Below, piece by piece: positions 42,039 to 51,020 of a stretch of DNA of 62,867 bases (position 1 is its first letter; each line of letters starts with the position of its first letter). The position numbers were made by a program, and so were the translations under genes. This DNA is from an uncultured bacterium (GTDB taxonomy: Bacteria; Fidelibacterota; Marinisomatia; Marinisomatales; UBA1611): positions 1-62,867 of the forward strand of contig CAZLPW010000006.1 of NCBI GenBank assembly GCA_964561495.1, written 5' to 3'. The notes beneath the pieces were generated by a model, which was not told the origin of the DNA, made no database searches, and saw only the letters and a list, made by a program, of their open reading frames with translations.

Positions 42039-43157
42039 ATGTCTTTAATCAGAGAGATTACGGATATTCGAATGTTTTTTAAGCTTGCCAAAGATAATTC
42101 GGATATAACATTTTATTCGGAGAGTGGTATCTATTATCAAAATTTTAGAGGCACTATTAAAGAAATAATAGCAGGATCAGATTTGTATATTTATTATATA
42201 ACATCAGACATCAAGGATCCTATTTTTGATTTTAAACACGAGCGTCTAACTTCATTTTATATTAATAGACTTATATCCTTTTTTTTTCCATTTATTAATA
42301 CAAAAACCTTGATAATGACTATGGCAGATTTAGATCAATACCATATTAAAAGATCTATAAATAAAGTCAATCATATTTATATGTTCCATGCTATAAATAG
42401 TGTCCACATGCAATACAACCAAAAAGCTTTTGACTCATATGATACAATATTTTGCGTTGGTCCGCATCACATAAATGAAATTAGAGAAACCGAAAAACTA
42501 TATAATCTTCCCAAAAAAAAATTAGTTGAAGTTGGATATAGTCTCCTTGAAGATATTGAAAAAAAATATGATGATTCCTTAATCGCTAAGAATAAAATTT
42601 TAATTGCTCCATCTTGGAATTCTGGAAACATTTTAGAATCTTGTATTGACGAAATTTTGGAAAAGCTTATTCCATCTAGCTATCAGGTTGTTGTGCGTCC
42701 CCATCCGGAATTTTTAAGGAGAAGTAAAGATAAAGTCATTGAATTACAAAAACAGTATGTTAATTATGGAAATATTAAAATAGAAACAGAATTGACTAAT
42801 TCAAAAAATATATTAGAATCGGCGATCTTGATAACTGATTGGTCTGGAATTGCCATCGAATTTCTATGGGGTATGTTGAAACCTGTAATATACATCAATA
42901 CAGAAAAAAAAATTCATAATAGTGAATATAAGAAAATCAATTTAGAACCAATTGAAGATTCAATTCGTTATTCCAGTGGCATTACATTGGAAATGTCTGA
43001 GATTGCAAAGATTGAGGAAAAAATAAATATGTCTTTTGAGGATATAAATCGGATTCGTGAAAAACTTATATTTGATCGCCAAAAAAACATTTTTAATTGG
43101 GGAAATTCCTCTAAAATTGCATCAGATTATATTATTGAATACTGTAAAGAAAGCTGA
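42039..43157 (+). CDS. Putative CDP-alcohol-type phosphotransferase of the TagB/TagF (Glyphos_transf) family
   Basis: 372 aa. ILIAPSWNSGN (cf. YAPTWR), VVVRPHPEF (conserved His), ILITDWSGIAIEF (cf. LITDYSS). The assignment rests on weak motif similarity only. Confidence 0.45.
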   Translation: MSLIREITDIRMFFKLAKDNSDITFYSESGIYYQNFRGTIKEIIAGSDLYIYYITSDIKDPIFDFKHERLTSFYINRLISFFFPFINTKTLIMTMADLDQYHIKRSINKVNHIYMFHAINSVHMQYNQKAFDSYDTIFCVGPHHINEIRETEKLYNLPKKKLVEVGYSLLEDIEKKYDDSLIAKNKILIAPSWNSGNILESCIDEILEKLIPSSYQVVVRPHPEFLRRSKDKVIELQKQYVNYGNIKIETELTNSKNILESAILITDWSGIAIEFLWGMLKPVIYINTEKKIHNSEYKKINLEPIEDSIRYSSGITLEMSEIAKIEEKINMSFEDINRIREKLIFDRQKNIFNWGNSSKIASDYIIEYCKES

Positions 43158-43166
43158 TAATAAAAA

Positions 43167-44744
43167 TTGAATCTAAAAACTTATCCATACCATCCCTATT
43201 TTGTAGTTTTTTTTCAGGTCCTTTCAATTGCATCAATAAATATAAATGAGATTAGCTTCACTGTTTTATTTTACGTCTTCTCTTTTTTTTTAATATCGGT
43301 TCCAATTTTATTGTTTGTAAGCAATTTAATTATTGAAGCAAGAATTTCTGCTATAATTATTTCAATAAGTACTTTTTTTTTCTTTTCCTATGGTAGAGTT
43401 CTTGATTATTTTATAAAAAATCCTGTTGAAATAATTGATTTAGCAAGAAATAAGTTTTTTTTACCAATCTTTTTATTTTGCTTGATAATTACTTGGTTTT
43501 TAATAATAAAAAGTTATTTCATTAAAAATTATGCTGATTCAATAACTACATACGCGAATCAATTTTCAATTGGTCTTGTATTTATTGCTATTTTTACAAC
43601 CTGCCTAAATTATGACTGGACTCTTCTATTTTCTCAAAAAAATCAAGATGAAAAGAGTGAAATTTATGTTGATATGCAAACATTAGATAAATTGAATTAT
43701 CAGGGGATTTCACCAAAACCAAATATTTATTTTCTAATTTTTGATAGTTATCCGAGTTCAAATGTGTTAAATAATTACTATGCATTTAATGATAGTAATT
43801 TAGTTAATGATCTTAAAATACGTGGGTTTGATGTAAACCAGAATGCAAGAAGTAATTACTGTTTTACTGGTGGTTCCATCGGCTCTACATTGAGCATGCG
43901 GTATTTACATCTAGATAATGAATTTAAATCTTCTTACAACCAAGATAGTTATATTGATAGATTTTATGAAAATAATTATGTAATAAACAGATTGAAATCA
44001 GATGGCTATGATATAATTACGAATCTTTCTAAAAAATATAATAACAATAAAATAAAAAAGTCATTATTTTCTGATGATTTTATACAGTTAGTCATTCATC
44101 TTTCTATGTTTAGAATAATTGAAAAAGATTTAGTTGTTAATCAGCTCAGGAATGATATTCAATCCAAACTCAAGTTTCTTAAAAGTTTTATTCCAAATAA
44201 TCAACCAGTTTTTATTAATATCCATATAATGGTTCCTCATTCACCATTTGTTTTTAGGTATGATGGCTCTAGACCTAAATATTTTGAAAGTGCTTTTGGT
44301 AAATTTGAAGATAAAGCTAAGTTTATTGAACAGGTAAGGTTCGCGGGTAGAGAAATAATAAAAATTGTTGACAACATAAAATTTAATGACCCTGATGCAA
44401 TAATAATTGTCCAAGCTGACCATGGTTACGGAGGTGAGGATGATATGAAATATCTTAACAGAAACTCAATTGCGGCTATCGAAAATAAACGTGATCAAGT
44501 GCCGCCTTCAGATTATCTCGATCAAAGGTTTGGTATACTAAGTGCAATTTATTCTCCTATTGATCTTGGTATTAAAAAAAATTCTACACCTGTTAACCTA
44601 TTTAGATTTATTTTTAATAAGCTGTATGAAGAAAATAATGAATATTTGCCTGACAATTCATATTTCGCATTGATAAAACAACCATATAAATTTCACAACA
44701 TTACTGATAGCTTAAACAATATTAGTAGGCAATTAGCTGATTGA
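43167..44744 (+). CDS. Polytopic membrane protein with extracytoplasmic alkaline-phosphatase/sulfatase-fold domain (LtaS/EptA-like transferase)
   Basis: 525 aa from a TTG start. About 5 N-terminal TM helices, then NIYFLIFDSYPSS, NIHIMVPHSPFVF, IIVQADHGYGG, typical of the metal-dependent AP superfamily. Confidence 0.55.
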   Translation: MNLKTYPYHPYFVVFFQVLSIASININEISFTVLFYVFSFFLISVPILLFVSNLIIEARISAIIISISTFFFFSYGRVLDYFIKNPVEIIDLARNKFFLPIFLFCLIITWFLIIKSYFIKNYADSITTYANQFSIGLVFIAIFTTCLNYDWTLLFSQKNQDEKSEIYVDMQTLDKLNYQGISPKPNIYFLIFDSYPSSNVLNNYYAFNDSNLVNDLKIRGFDVNQNARSNYCFTGGSIGSTLSMRYLHLDNEFKSSYNQDSYIDRFYENNYVINRLKSDGYDIITNLSKKYNNNKIKKSLFSDDFIQLVIHLSMFRIIEKDLVVNQLRNDIQSKLKFLKSFIPNNQPVFINIHIMVPHSPFVFRYDGSRPKYFESAFGKFEDKAKFIEQVRFAGREIIKIVDNIKFNDPDAIIIVQADHGYGGEDDMKYLNRNSIAAIENKRDQVPPSDYLDQRFGILSAIYSPIDLGIKKNSTPVNLFRFIFNKLYEENNEYLPDNSYFALIKQPYKFHNITDSLNNISRQLAD

Positions 44745-44753
44745 AAGATAAAA

Positions 44754-45737
44754 ATGAAGAATGAGGGAAAAATATTTATCACTGGTGCTACAGGGTTTAT
44801 CGGTTCACATCTATCAGAGTTATTGGTTAAAGAAGGGTATGAAGTCGTAGCTTTTGACAGGTATAACCCAAACAACAATTGGGGATGGCTAGAGCATTCA
44901 GATTTGAAAAATGAAATGGATGTTATCTTAGGTGATATCAGAGATTTTGATTCAGTAAATAAATCAATGGAAGGCTGTAGAACTGTATTTCACCTCGCTG
45001 CGTTGATCGGCATTCCATATTCATATGTTTCACCCTTAGCCTATATCCGCACAAATATTGAAGGCACCTATAATATACTTGAGGCCGCTAAGGGTAGGGA
45101 TCTTACGCAGGTTTTAATTACTTCCACCAGCGAGACCTATGGCACAGCTCAATATACGCCAATGGATGAAAGCCATCCTTTGGTAGGGCAATCGCCTTAC
45201 TCTGCATCTAAAATTTCGGCTGATCAACTGGCTATTAGTTATATTAAATCTTATGATTTACCCGTAAAAATTGTTCGTCCTTTTAATACTTATGGACCAA
45301 GACAATCAGCTAGGGCTATTATACCGACAGTAATTTCTCAATTATTGAATAATGAAAAGACGATTAATCTAGGAAATCTAAGCCCCACAAGAGATTTAAC
45401 TTTTGTAAAAGACACATGCAATGGCTTTATAGAAATATATAGATCTGAGACCTTGTTTGGTGAAGTAATAAATATTGGAATGAATGAAGAAATTTCAATT
45501 GAAGATTTGGTTAGTTTAATAGCAAAACAAATGGGTAAAAAAGTTAAAATCATTTCAACTCACGAACGTGTTCGTCCAAAAAGTAGCGAGGTTGAGAGTT
45601 TGATCTGCGATAATAAAAAAATAAAGGTTAATACTAGATGGGAACCAGAATACAGCCTTGAGAAGGGAATATCCGAGACAATTGAATGGATGAAAAAAAA
45701 CCATAATCTTTACAAATCAGATCAGTACAATGTCTAG
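44754..45737 (+). CDS. legB: NAD-dependent nucleotide-sugar 4,6-dehydratase (LegB-like)
   Basis: 327 aa. Motifs IFITGATGFIGSHL, TSTSETYG, YSASKISAD (YxxxK), RPFNTYGPRQ. First gene of a Leg-type gene order. Confidence 0.62.
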   Translation: MKNEGKIFITGATGFIGSHLSELLVKEGYEVVAFDRYNPNNNWGWLEHSDLKNEMDVILGDIRDFDSVNKSMEGCRTVFHLAALIGIPYSYVSPLAYIRTNIEGTYNILEAAKGRDLTQVLITSTSETYGTAQYTPMDESHPLVGQSPYSASKISADQLAISYIKSYDLPVKIVRPFNTYGPRQSARAIIPTVISQLLNNEKTINLGNLSPTRDLTFVKDTCNGFIEIYRSETLFGEVINIGMNEEISIEDLVSLIAKQMGKKVKIISTHERVRPKSSEVESLICDNKKIKVNTRWEPEYSLEKGISETIEWMKKNHNLYKSDQYNV

Positions 45738-46890
45738 TATACCATTATCTATCCCAAATTTTAATGGAAATGAATGGAAATACGTAAAAGAATGTTTAGA
45801 TACAAACTGGATTTCTTCCGCTGGAAAATATGTTGAATTATTCGAAAGGAAAATTTGCCAATATACTATGGCAAAATACGCTGTTGCTTGTGTTAACGGC
45901 ACATCTGCAATACAGATAAGTCTTCAGCTGGCAGGGGTTCAGAAAGGTGATGAAGTTATTGTTCCTTCGCTAACTTTTATTGCGCCTGTAAACGCAATTT
46001 CCTATAATGGGGCTAATCCCATTTTCATGGATTCTGATGATTTTTATAATATTGATGTAAAAAAAACCAATGATTTTATAAGGAATGAAACTGTTTTTAA
46101 AAATGGATTTACATATAATAAAAAGACAAAGAATAGAATATCAGCAATTTTGCCTGTGCATGTTTGGGGAAACGCGGTAAACATAGATGAACTTGTTCCT
46201 ATTTGCGAAGAAAGAAATATTGTTATTATTGAGGATGCAAGTGAGAGTTTGGGGACCTTTTATAATTCTGGGACTTATAAAGGAAAGCATACTGGCACGA
46301 TAGGTTTACTTGGTTGTTTGTCATTTAATGGGAATAAAATTATTACCACAGGTGGAGGAGGAATGATTCTGACAAATGATAAAAAATTAGCGCAAAAAGC
46401 CAAATATTTGACCACCCAGGCAAAAGATGATTCAATAAGGTATGTACATGATGAAATTGGTTACAACTTCCGCCTCACCAATATTCAGGCAGCTATTGGA
46501 CTTGCTCAACTTGAACAATTATCAGATTTTTTAAAAAATAAAAAATTTTTGTATAGATCTTATAAAAAAGCTATCCAAAAAATAGAAGGTCTCAGCATAT
46601 CAAAAACCCCAGTATATGCAAATAATAACCATTGGATAAATGTATTAAGAATTGAATATCATTTATATAAAAAAGATAGGGAAGGGCTTATGTTTTTATT
46701 AGAAAAAAATAAAATACAAACACGGCCTGTATGGATGCTAAATCATTTTCAAAAGCCATATAAAAAATATCAATCCTATAAAGTAAATAAATCAAAAAAG
46801 CTAATTGAAAAAAGTTTGTGTTTACCATCATCCTCCAGTTTAACCAAAGACGAATTCAAAAATATAATAAATTGTTTAAGGGTTAATTAA
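45730..46890 (+). CDS. legC: DegT-family sugar 4-aminotransferase (LegC-like)
   Basis: 386 aa. Motifs NGTSAIQISL, EDASESLG, LSFNGNKIITTGGGGM (PLP Lys). 8-nt overlap with the dehydratase gene. Confidence 0.72.
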   Translation: MSSIPLSIPNFNGNEWKYVKECLDTNWISSAGKYVELFERKICQYTMAKYAVACVNGTSAIQISLQLAGVQKGDEVIVPSLTFIAPVNAISYNGANPIFMDSDDFYNIDVKKTNDFIRNETVFKNGFTYNKKTKNRISAILPVHVWGNAVNIDELVPICEERNIVIIEDASESLGTFYNSGTYKGKHTGTIGLLGCLSFNGNKIITTGGGGMILTNDKKLAQKAKYLTTQAKDDSIRYVHDEIGYNFRLTNIQAAIGLAQLEQLSDFLKNKKFLYRSYKKAIQKIEGLSISKTPVYANNNHWINVLRIEYHLYKKDREGLMFLLEKNKIQTRPVWMLNHFQKPYKKYQSYKVNKSKKLIEKSLCLPSSSSLTKDEFKNIINCLRVN

Positions 46891-46946
46891 CTATTTTCTT
46901 ACTTTTAAATGATTATAAAAAAATTAATGTTTTTAGTATTTGAGAA

Positions 46947-47606
46947 TTGAAAAAGAATATTATTATAGTTGGCACTGGAGGAGTAGCTAAAGAGGTTTTA
47001 TTCCTAATAAGAGAAATTAATAAAGTAAAACCTCAGTGGGATCCAATAGGTTTAATCGATCAAAACCCAGAAAAAGTTGGGAACAAATTTTGTGATATTA
47101 AGATTATTGGTACTGACGATTACATATTAAATTATTTAGAAGAAATAAATATTGTAATTGCTATAGGAAATCCATCTTTGAGGAAAAAAGTTTTTGAATT
47201 ATATAGAGATAATAAATTTTTAAATTTTCCAAACTTAATTCATCCCAATGTAGTTGGTGATTGGGAAAATATCGATATTGGAATTGCGAATATAATATGC
47301 CCTGGAACTGTTTTTACCACTTCACTGGAGATTGGCAATTGCAATTATTTTAACATGACATGTACTATTGGGCATGATGTTAAAATGGGAAGTTATAATG
47401 TCCTTAACCCAATGGTTTCTTTATCTGGCGGTGCAAATTTAAAGGATGAAAATCTATTTGGAACTGGTTCAAGAGTTTTACAACGTATAGAAATATGTAA
47501 TAATTGCATCATAGGGGCGGATGCTTTGGTTACAAAAAATATTAAAATCTCTGGAACTTACATTGGCTCACCTGCGAGATTGATATTAAAAAATGAGAAG
47601 GAATAA
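46947..47606 (+). CDS. NeuD/PglD/LegH-family sugar N-acyltransferase (N-terminal Rossmann-like + hexapeptide beta-helix)
   Basis: 219 aa from a TTG start. Motif IIIVGTGGVAKEV, followed by left-handed beta-helix repeats (IGHDVKMGSYNVLNPMVSLSGGANL...). Confidence 0.7.
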   Translation: MKKNIIIVGTGGVAKEVLFLIREINKVKPQWDPIGLIDQNPEKVGNKFCDIKIIGTDDYILNYLEEINIVIAIGNPSLRKKVFELYRDNKFLNFPNLIHPNVVGDWENIDIGIANIICPGTVFTTSLEIGNCNYFNMTCTIGHDVKMGSYNVLNPMVSLSGGANLKDENLFGTGSRVLQRIEICNNCIIGADALVTKNIKISGTYIGSPARLILKNEKE

Positions 47607-47609
47607 TTA

Positions 47610-47912
47610 ATGAAAGAAAAAATATTAGACATTATATATGAAACTTTAGATGAAATAAATGAAGTTTTAGGGGAAAGACAAAAAATTGAAAAAACAAAAG
47701 GAGCAAAATTATATGGCAAAAATGGACCACTTGATTCATTGGGGTTAGTTAATTTAATGGCTAGTCTTGAACAAAATTTTGAAGATTATTTTGATGTTAG
47801 TATAATTATTGCAAGCGAAAAAGCAATGTCTCAAAAAAATAGTCCATTTAGAACCATTGATTCACTCTCTAATTATATAAAAGAGCTAATTGAGGAAGAA
47901 TTAAATGAATGA
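47610..47912 (+). CDS. Acyl carrier protein
   Basis: 100 aa, acidic. The phosphopantetheine attachment motif LDSLGLVNLM sits at the expected helix-2 position. Confidence 0.75.
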   Translation: MKEKILDIIYETLDEINEVLGERQKIEKTKGAKLYGKNGPLDSLGLVNLMASLEQNFEDYFDVSIIIASEKAMSQKNSPFRTIDSLSNYIKELIEEELNE

Positions 47913-48606
47913 TAATCAGATTATGATAATTACTGGAGCGAGTAAAGGTATTGGAAAATATCTTGCTGAATATTACTCTAAGAAGGGGTTTCATGTCATC
48001 GGTTGTAGTAGAAAAAGTATTGATCATAAATTAGATAATTATCACCATTTTATACTTGATGTTTCAGATGAGTCGGAAGTTAAGAATATGATTTCATCTA
48101 TAAGGAAAAAACATGGTAAAGTAGATATTTTGATTAACAATGCTGGAATAGCTTCTATGAATCATGCATTGCTTACAGATATTAGAACAGTAAATAAAAT
48201 TTATAATACAAATTTTTTTGGTACTTTTCTTTTTTGTAGAGAAGCATCAAAAATAATGGCTAGAAAAAAATTTGGTAGAATTATAAATTTTGTTACTGTT
48301 GCAGTTCCTCTAAATTTAGAAGGTGAGGCAATCTACGCATCCTCAAAGTCATCTGTGTTATCATTTACTAAAATTTTAGCTAAAGAGGTTGCAGAAAATG
48401 GTATAACCGTTAACGCTATCGGCCCTACCCCAGTTAAAACTGATTTGATTCGATCAGTTCCTGAGGAGAAAATAAAAAATTTGATACAAATGCAAGCAAT
48501 AAAAAGGTTTGGAGAATTTTCTGATATCTCTAATATAGTTGATTTTTATATTAGTCCTCGAAGCGGGTTTATTACAGGTCAAGTGATGTATTTAGGAGGA
48601 GTTTGA
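47905..48606 (+). CDS. Short-chain dehydrogenase/reductase (FabG-like 3-oxoacyl reductase)
   Basis: 233 aa. Motifs ITGASKGIGK, NNAG, YASSKSS (YxxxK). Overlaps the ACP gene by 8 nt. Confidence 0.8.
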   Translation: MNDNQIMIITGASKGIGKYLAEYYSKKGFHVIGCSRKSIDHKLDNYHHFILDVSDESEVKNMISSIRKKHGKVDILINNAGIASMNHALLTDIRTVNKIYNTNFFGTFLFCREASKIMARKKFGRIINFVTVAVPLNLEGEAIYASSKSSVLSFTKILAKEVAENGITVNAIGPTPVKTDLIRSVPEEKIKNLIQMQAIKRFGEFSDISNIVDFYISPRSGFITGQVMYLGGV

Positions 48607-49943
48607 TGTCTATAAAATTTTTAACTGAAATTTTTTATCACAATTCATCAAATACCGCGATAGTTTGGAAAGATAAAATTTTTAGTTATGGTTGGCTTTT
48701 GGATCGTGTAAAATATTGGATAGAAGAAATAAAAAAAAAAGAAATAAAACCTGGATCCGTGGCTGTTGTTGAAGCAGATTTTTCTCCAAACTCAGTCTCC
48801 CTTATGTTGGCATTAATTGATCATAATTGTATTTTTGTTCCAATAACAAAGTCAGTTGCTAATAAAAAAAAAGATTTCATAAAAATATCCCAGGCAGAAG
48901 TATTATTTTTTATTGATGATAATGATATAGCTGAAATTTCCTTTTTAGATAATATTTCGAATAGTAATTATTATATTCAATTAAGAGCACTGAATCATCC
49001 AGGGTTAGTTTTATTTTCTTCTGGCTCAACTGGAGTGAGTAAAGGTTCAGTACATGATGTAATTAAAATTTTCAAAAAATTTAAAGTTAAAAGGCATAGG
49101 CTTAGTGCAATTTCTTTTTTGCTTTACGATCATATAGGGGGGTTCAATACTTTACTTTACATATTGTCAAACGCAGGGAAATTAGTAACTATACAAGATA
49201 GGAGTCCTGATAGTGTATTAAGCATAGTTGAAAAATATAAAGTAGAGTTACTCCCTACATCACCTACTTTTATTAACTTAATTTTGTATAGTGAAGCATA
49301 TAAGCGCCACAGTTTAAAATCTCTTAAAACTATAACCTACGGCACTGAACCAATGCCGGAAAGTACTCTTAAAAAATTCAATAGTTTATTCCCCCAAATA
49401 AAGCTCTTGCAAACATATGGATTATCAGAAGTAGGTATATTAAGATCAAAGTCGAAGAGTTCTGACTCTTTATGGGTGAAAGTTGGTGGAGAGGGGTTCA
49501 AGACAAGAGTAGTAGATGGCATGTTAGAAATAAAGGCTGATTCTGCTATGCTTGGATATCTCAATGCTAAAAGTCCATTTACTGAAGATGGATGGTTCAA
49601 AACTATGGATGCGGTTGAATTAGATGGTGAATATCTTAAAATTAAAGGGAGGAAATCAGAGATTATTAATGTAGGAGGAGAAAAAGTATATCCACAAGAG
49701 GTTGAGGATAAAATATTAGAAATAGAGGAAGTTTTAGAAGCAAAAGTTTTTTCAGAAAAAAATATTATAATGGGGAATATCATATGTGCAGAGATTAATG
49801 CTAAAATAAATATGGAACCTAAAGACATTAAAAAGAAGGTTATTGCACATTGTAGAAATAGTTTAGCGCCATTTATGGTCCCAGTTAAAGTAATTGTGAG
49901 TAATCAAAATCAGCATAGTAGTCGGTTTAAGAAAAAAAGGTAA
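48603..49943 (+). CDS. AMP-dependent synthetase/ligase (acyl-ACP/CoA ligase, ANL superfamily)
   Basis: 446 aa. Motifs LFSSGSTGVSKGSV (A3), QTYGLSE (A5), GWFKTMD (A7), KGRKSEIINVGGEKVYPQEVE (A8). Confidence 0.8.
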   Translation: MMSIKFLTEIFYHNSSNTAIVWKDKIFSYGWLLDRVKYWIEEIKKKEIKPGSVAVVEADFSPNSVSLMLALIDHNCIFVPITKSVANKKKDFIKISQAEVLFFIDDNDIAEISFLDNISNSNYYIQLRALNHPGLVLFSSGSTGVSKGSVHDVIKIFKKFKVKRHRLSAISFLLYDHIGGFNTLLYILSNAGKLVTIQDRSPDSVLSIVEKYKVELLPTSPTFINLILYSEAYKRHSLKSLKTITYGTEPMPESTLKKFNSLFPQIKLLQTYGLSEVGILRSKSKSSDSLWVKVGGEGFKTRVVDGMLEIKADSAMLGYLNAKSPFTEDGWFKTMDAVELDGEYLKIKGRKSEIINVGGEKVYPQEVEDKILEIEEVLEAKVFSEKNIIMGNIICAEINAKINMEPKDIKKKVIAHCRNSLAPFMVPVKVIVSNQNQHSSRFKKKR

Positions 49944-49951
49944 TTTATAGT

Positions 49952-50959
49952 ATGAAAACAATTATTATTGCTGAAGCCGGGGTAAATCATAATGGTTCCA
50001 TAGAAACAGCAAAAAAATTAATTGATGTAGCTTCAAACGCTAAACCTGATTTTGTCAAATTCCAAACTTTTGTAACCGAAGAAGGTATAATGAAAATTGC
50101 AGAAAAGGCTGAATACCAAAAAAACAACACTAATAAAAATGAATCACAGTTTGATATGGTAAAAAAACTTGAGCTTGACCGAGAAGCGCACGAAGAATTG
50201 ATTCAATATTGTAAGAAAAAGAAAGTTAAATTTTTGTCTACTGCTTTTGATCTTCCAAGCATTAATCTTCTAAATGATCTGGATATCCCTCTATATAAAA
50301 TTCCATCAGGTGAGATAACCAATCTACCTTATCTAAGACGTATTGGTAGTATGGGAAAGCCGATTATAATGTCTACAGGGATGTGTACGCTTCAGGAGGT
50401 GCTTACCGCATTAAATATTTTATTGGATGTTGGAGCAAAAAAAGATCAAATCACTATACTACACTGTAATACTGAATATCCAACGCCTTTTGAACATGTG
50501 AATTTAAAAGCTATGCTTACAATCAGAGATAAATTAGGTGTATCTGTAGGCTACTCTGACCATACTTTAGGAATTAATGTACCCATAGCAGCTGTAGCAA
50601 TGGGCGCTTCAGTTATTGAAAAACATTTTACCTTAGATAGAAATTTACCTGGTCCTGACCATAAAGCTAGTTTGGAGCCAGAAGAGTTAAAAGCGATGGT
50701 AAGTGGAATTAGAAATATAGAAAAATCTTTAGGCAATGGGGTTAAAATACCAACTCCGAGTGAACATAATAATATTTCTGTAGCACGGAGATCAATTGTT
50801 GCTAGAGAATATATTAAAAAGGGCGAAATTTTTACAAATGAGAACCTTACAACCAAACGACCAGGCATAGGTATTTCGCCAATGGATTGGGATAATGTAA
50901 TAGGTAAAAAAGCCGAAAAAGATTATCTGCCAGACACATTAATAGAGCAAACCTTATAA
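49952..50959 (+). CDS. neuB: Nonulosonic acid synthase (NeuB/LegI family)
   Basis: 335 aa. Motifs IIAEAGVNHNGS, KFQT, YSDHTLG, and a C-terminal SAF domain (ARRSIVA...G..FT.ENL..KRPG.GISP). Confidence 0.88.
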   Translation: MKTIIIAEAGVNHNGSIETAKKLIDVASNAKPDFVKFQTFVTEEGIMKIAEKAEYQKNNTNKNESQFDMVKKLELDREAHEELIQYCKKKKVKFLSTAFDLPSINLLNDLDIPLYKIPSGEITNLPYLRRIGSMGKPIIMSTGMCTLQEVLTALNILLDVGAKKDQITILHCNTEYPTPFEHVNLKAMLTIRDKLGVSVGYSDHTLGINVPIAAVAMGASVIEKHFTLDRNLPGPDHKASLEPEELKAMVSGIRNIEKSLGNGVKIPTPSEHNNISVARRSIVAREYIKKGEIFTNENLTTKRPGIGISPMDWDNVIGKKAEKDYLPDTLIEQTL

Positions 50960-51020
50960 TGGATAAATCATAATAAATTGGTTTAATATGCTAATTAATA
51001 ATTTTAATGAATAATTATTA

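Noticed and set aside
43167-44744. The sulfatase-fold membrane protein as the missing sulfotransferase partner of the PAPS synthase.
   Set aside because: The alkaline-phosphatase/sulfatase fold catalyses hydrolysis or phospho-group transfer, not PAPS-dependent sulfation. No PAPS-binding motifs are present. Its position in the phosphonate operon favours an LtaS/EptA-like role.
49337-49828. 163-aa minus-strand ORF nested in the AMP-ligase gene. Similar long antisense ORFs lie at 61900-62364 (154 aa), 19539-19898 (119 aa), 35480-35815 (111 aa) and 50551-50868 (105 aa), along with all shorter minus-strand track ORFs.
   Set aside because: Each lies entirely antisense to a + strand CDS that has strong family motifs. 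Their translations are low-complexity (Ser/Ile/Leu/Phe-rich) with no recognisable motif. They look like frame shadows. An antisense gene cannot be excluded without expression data, but nothing in the sequence supports one.
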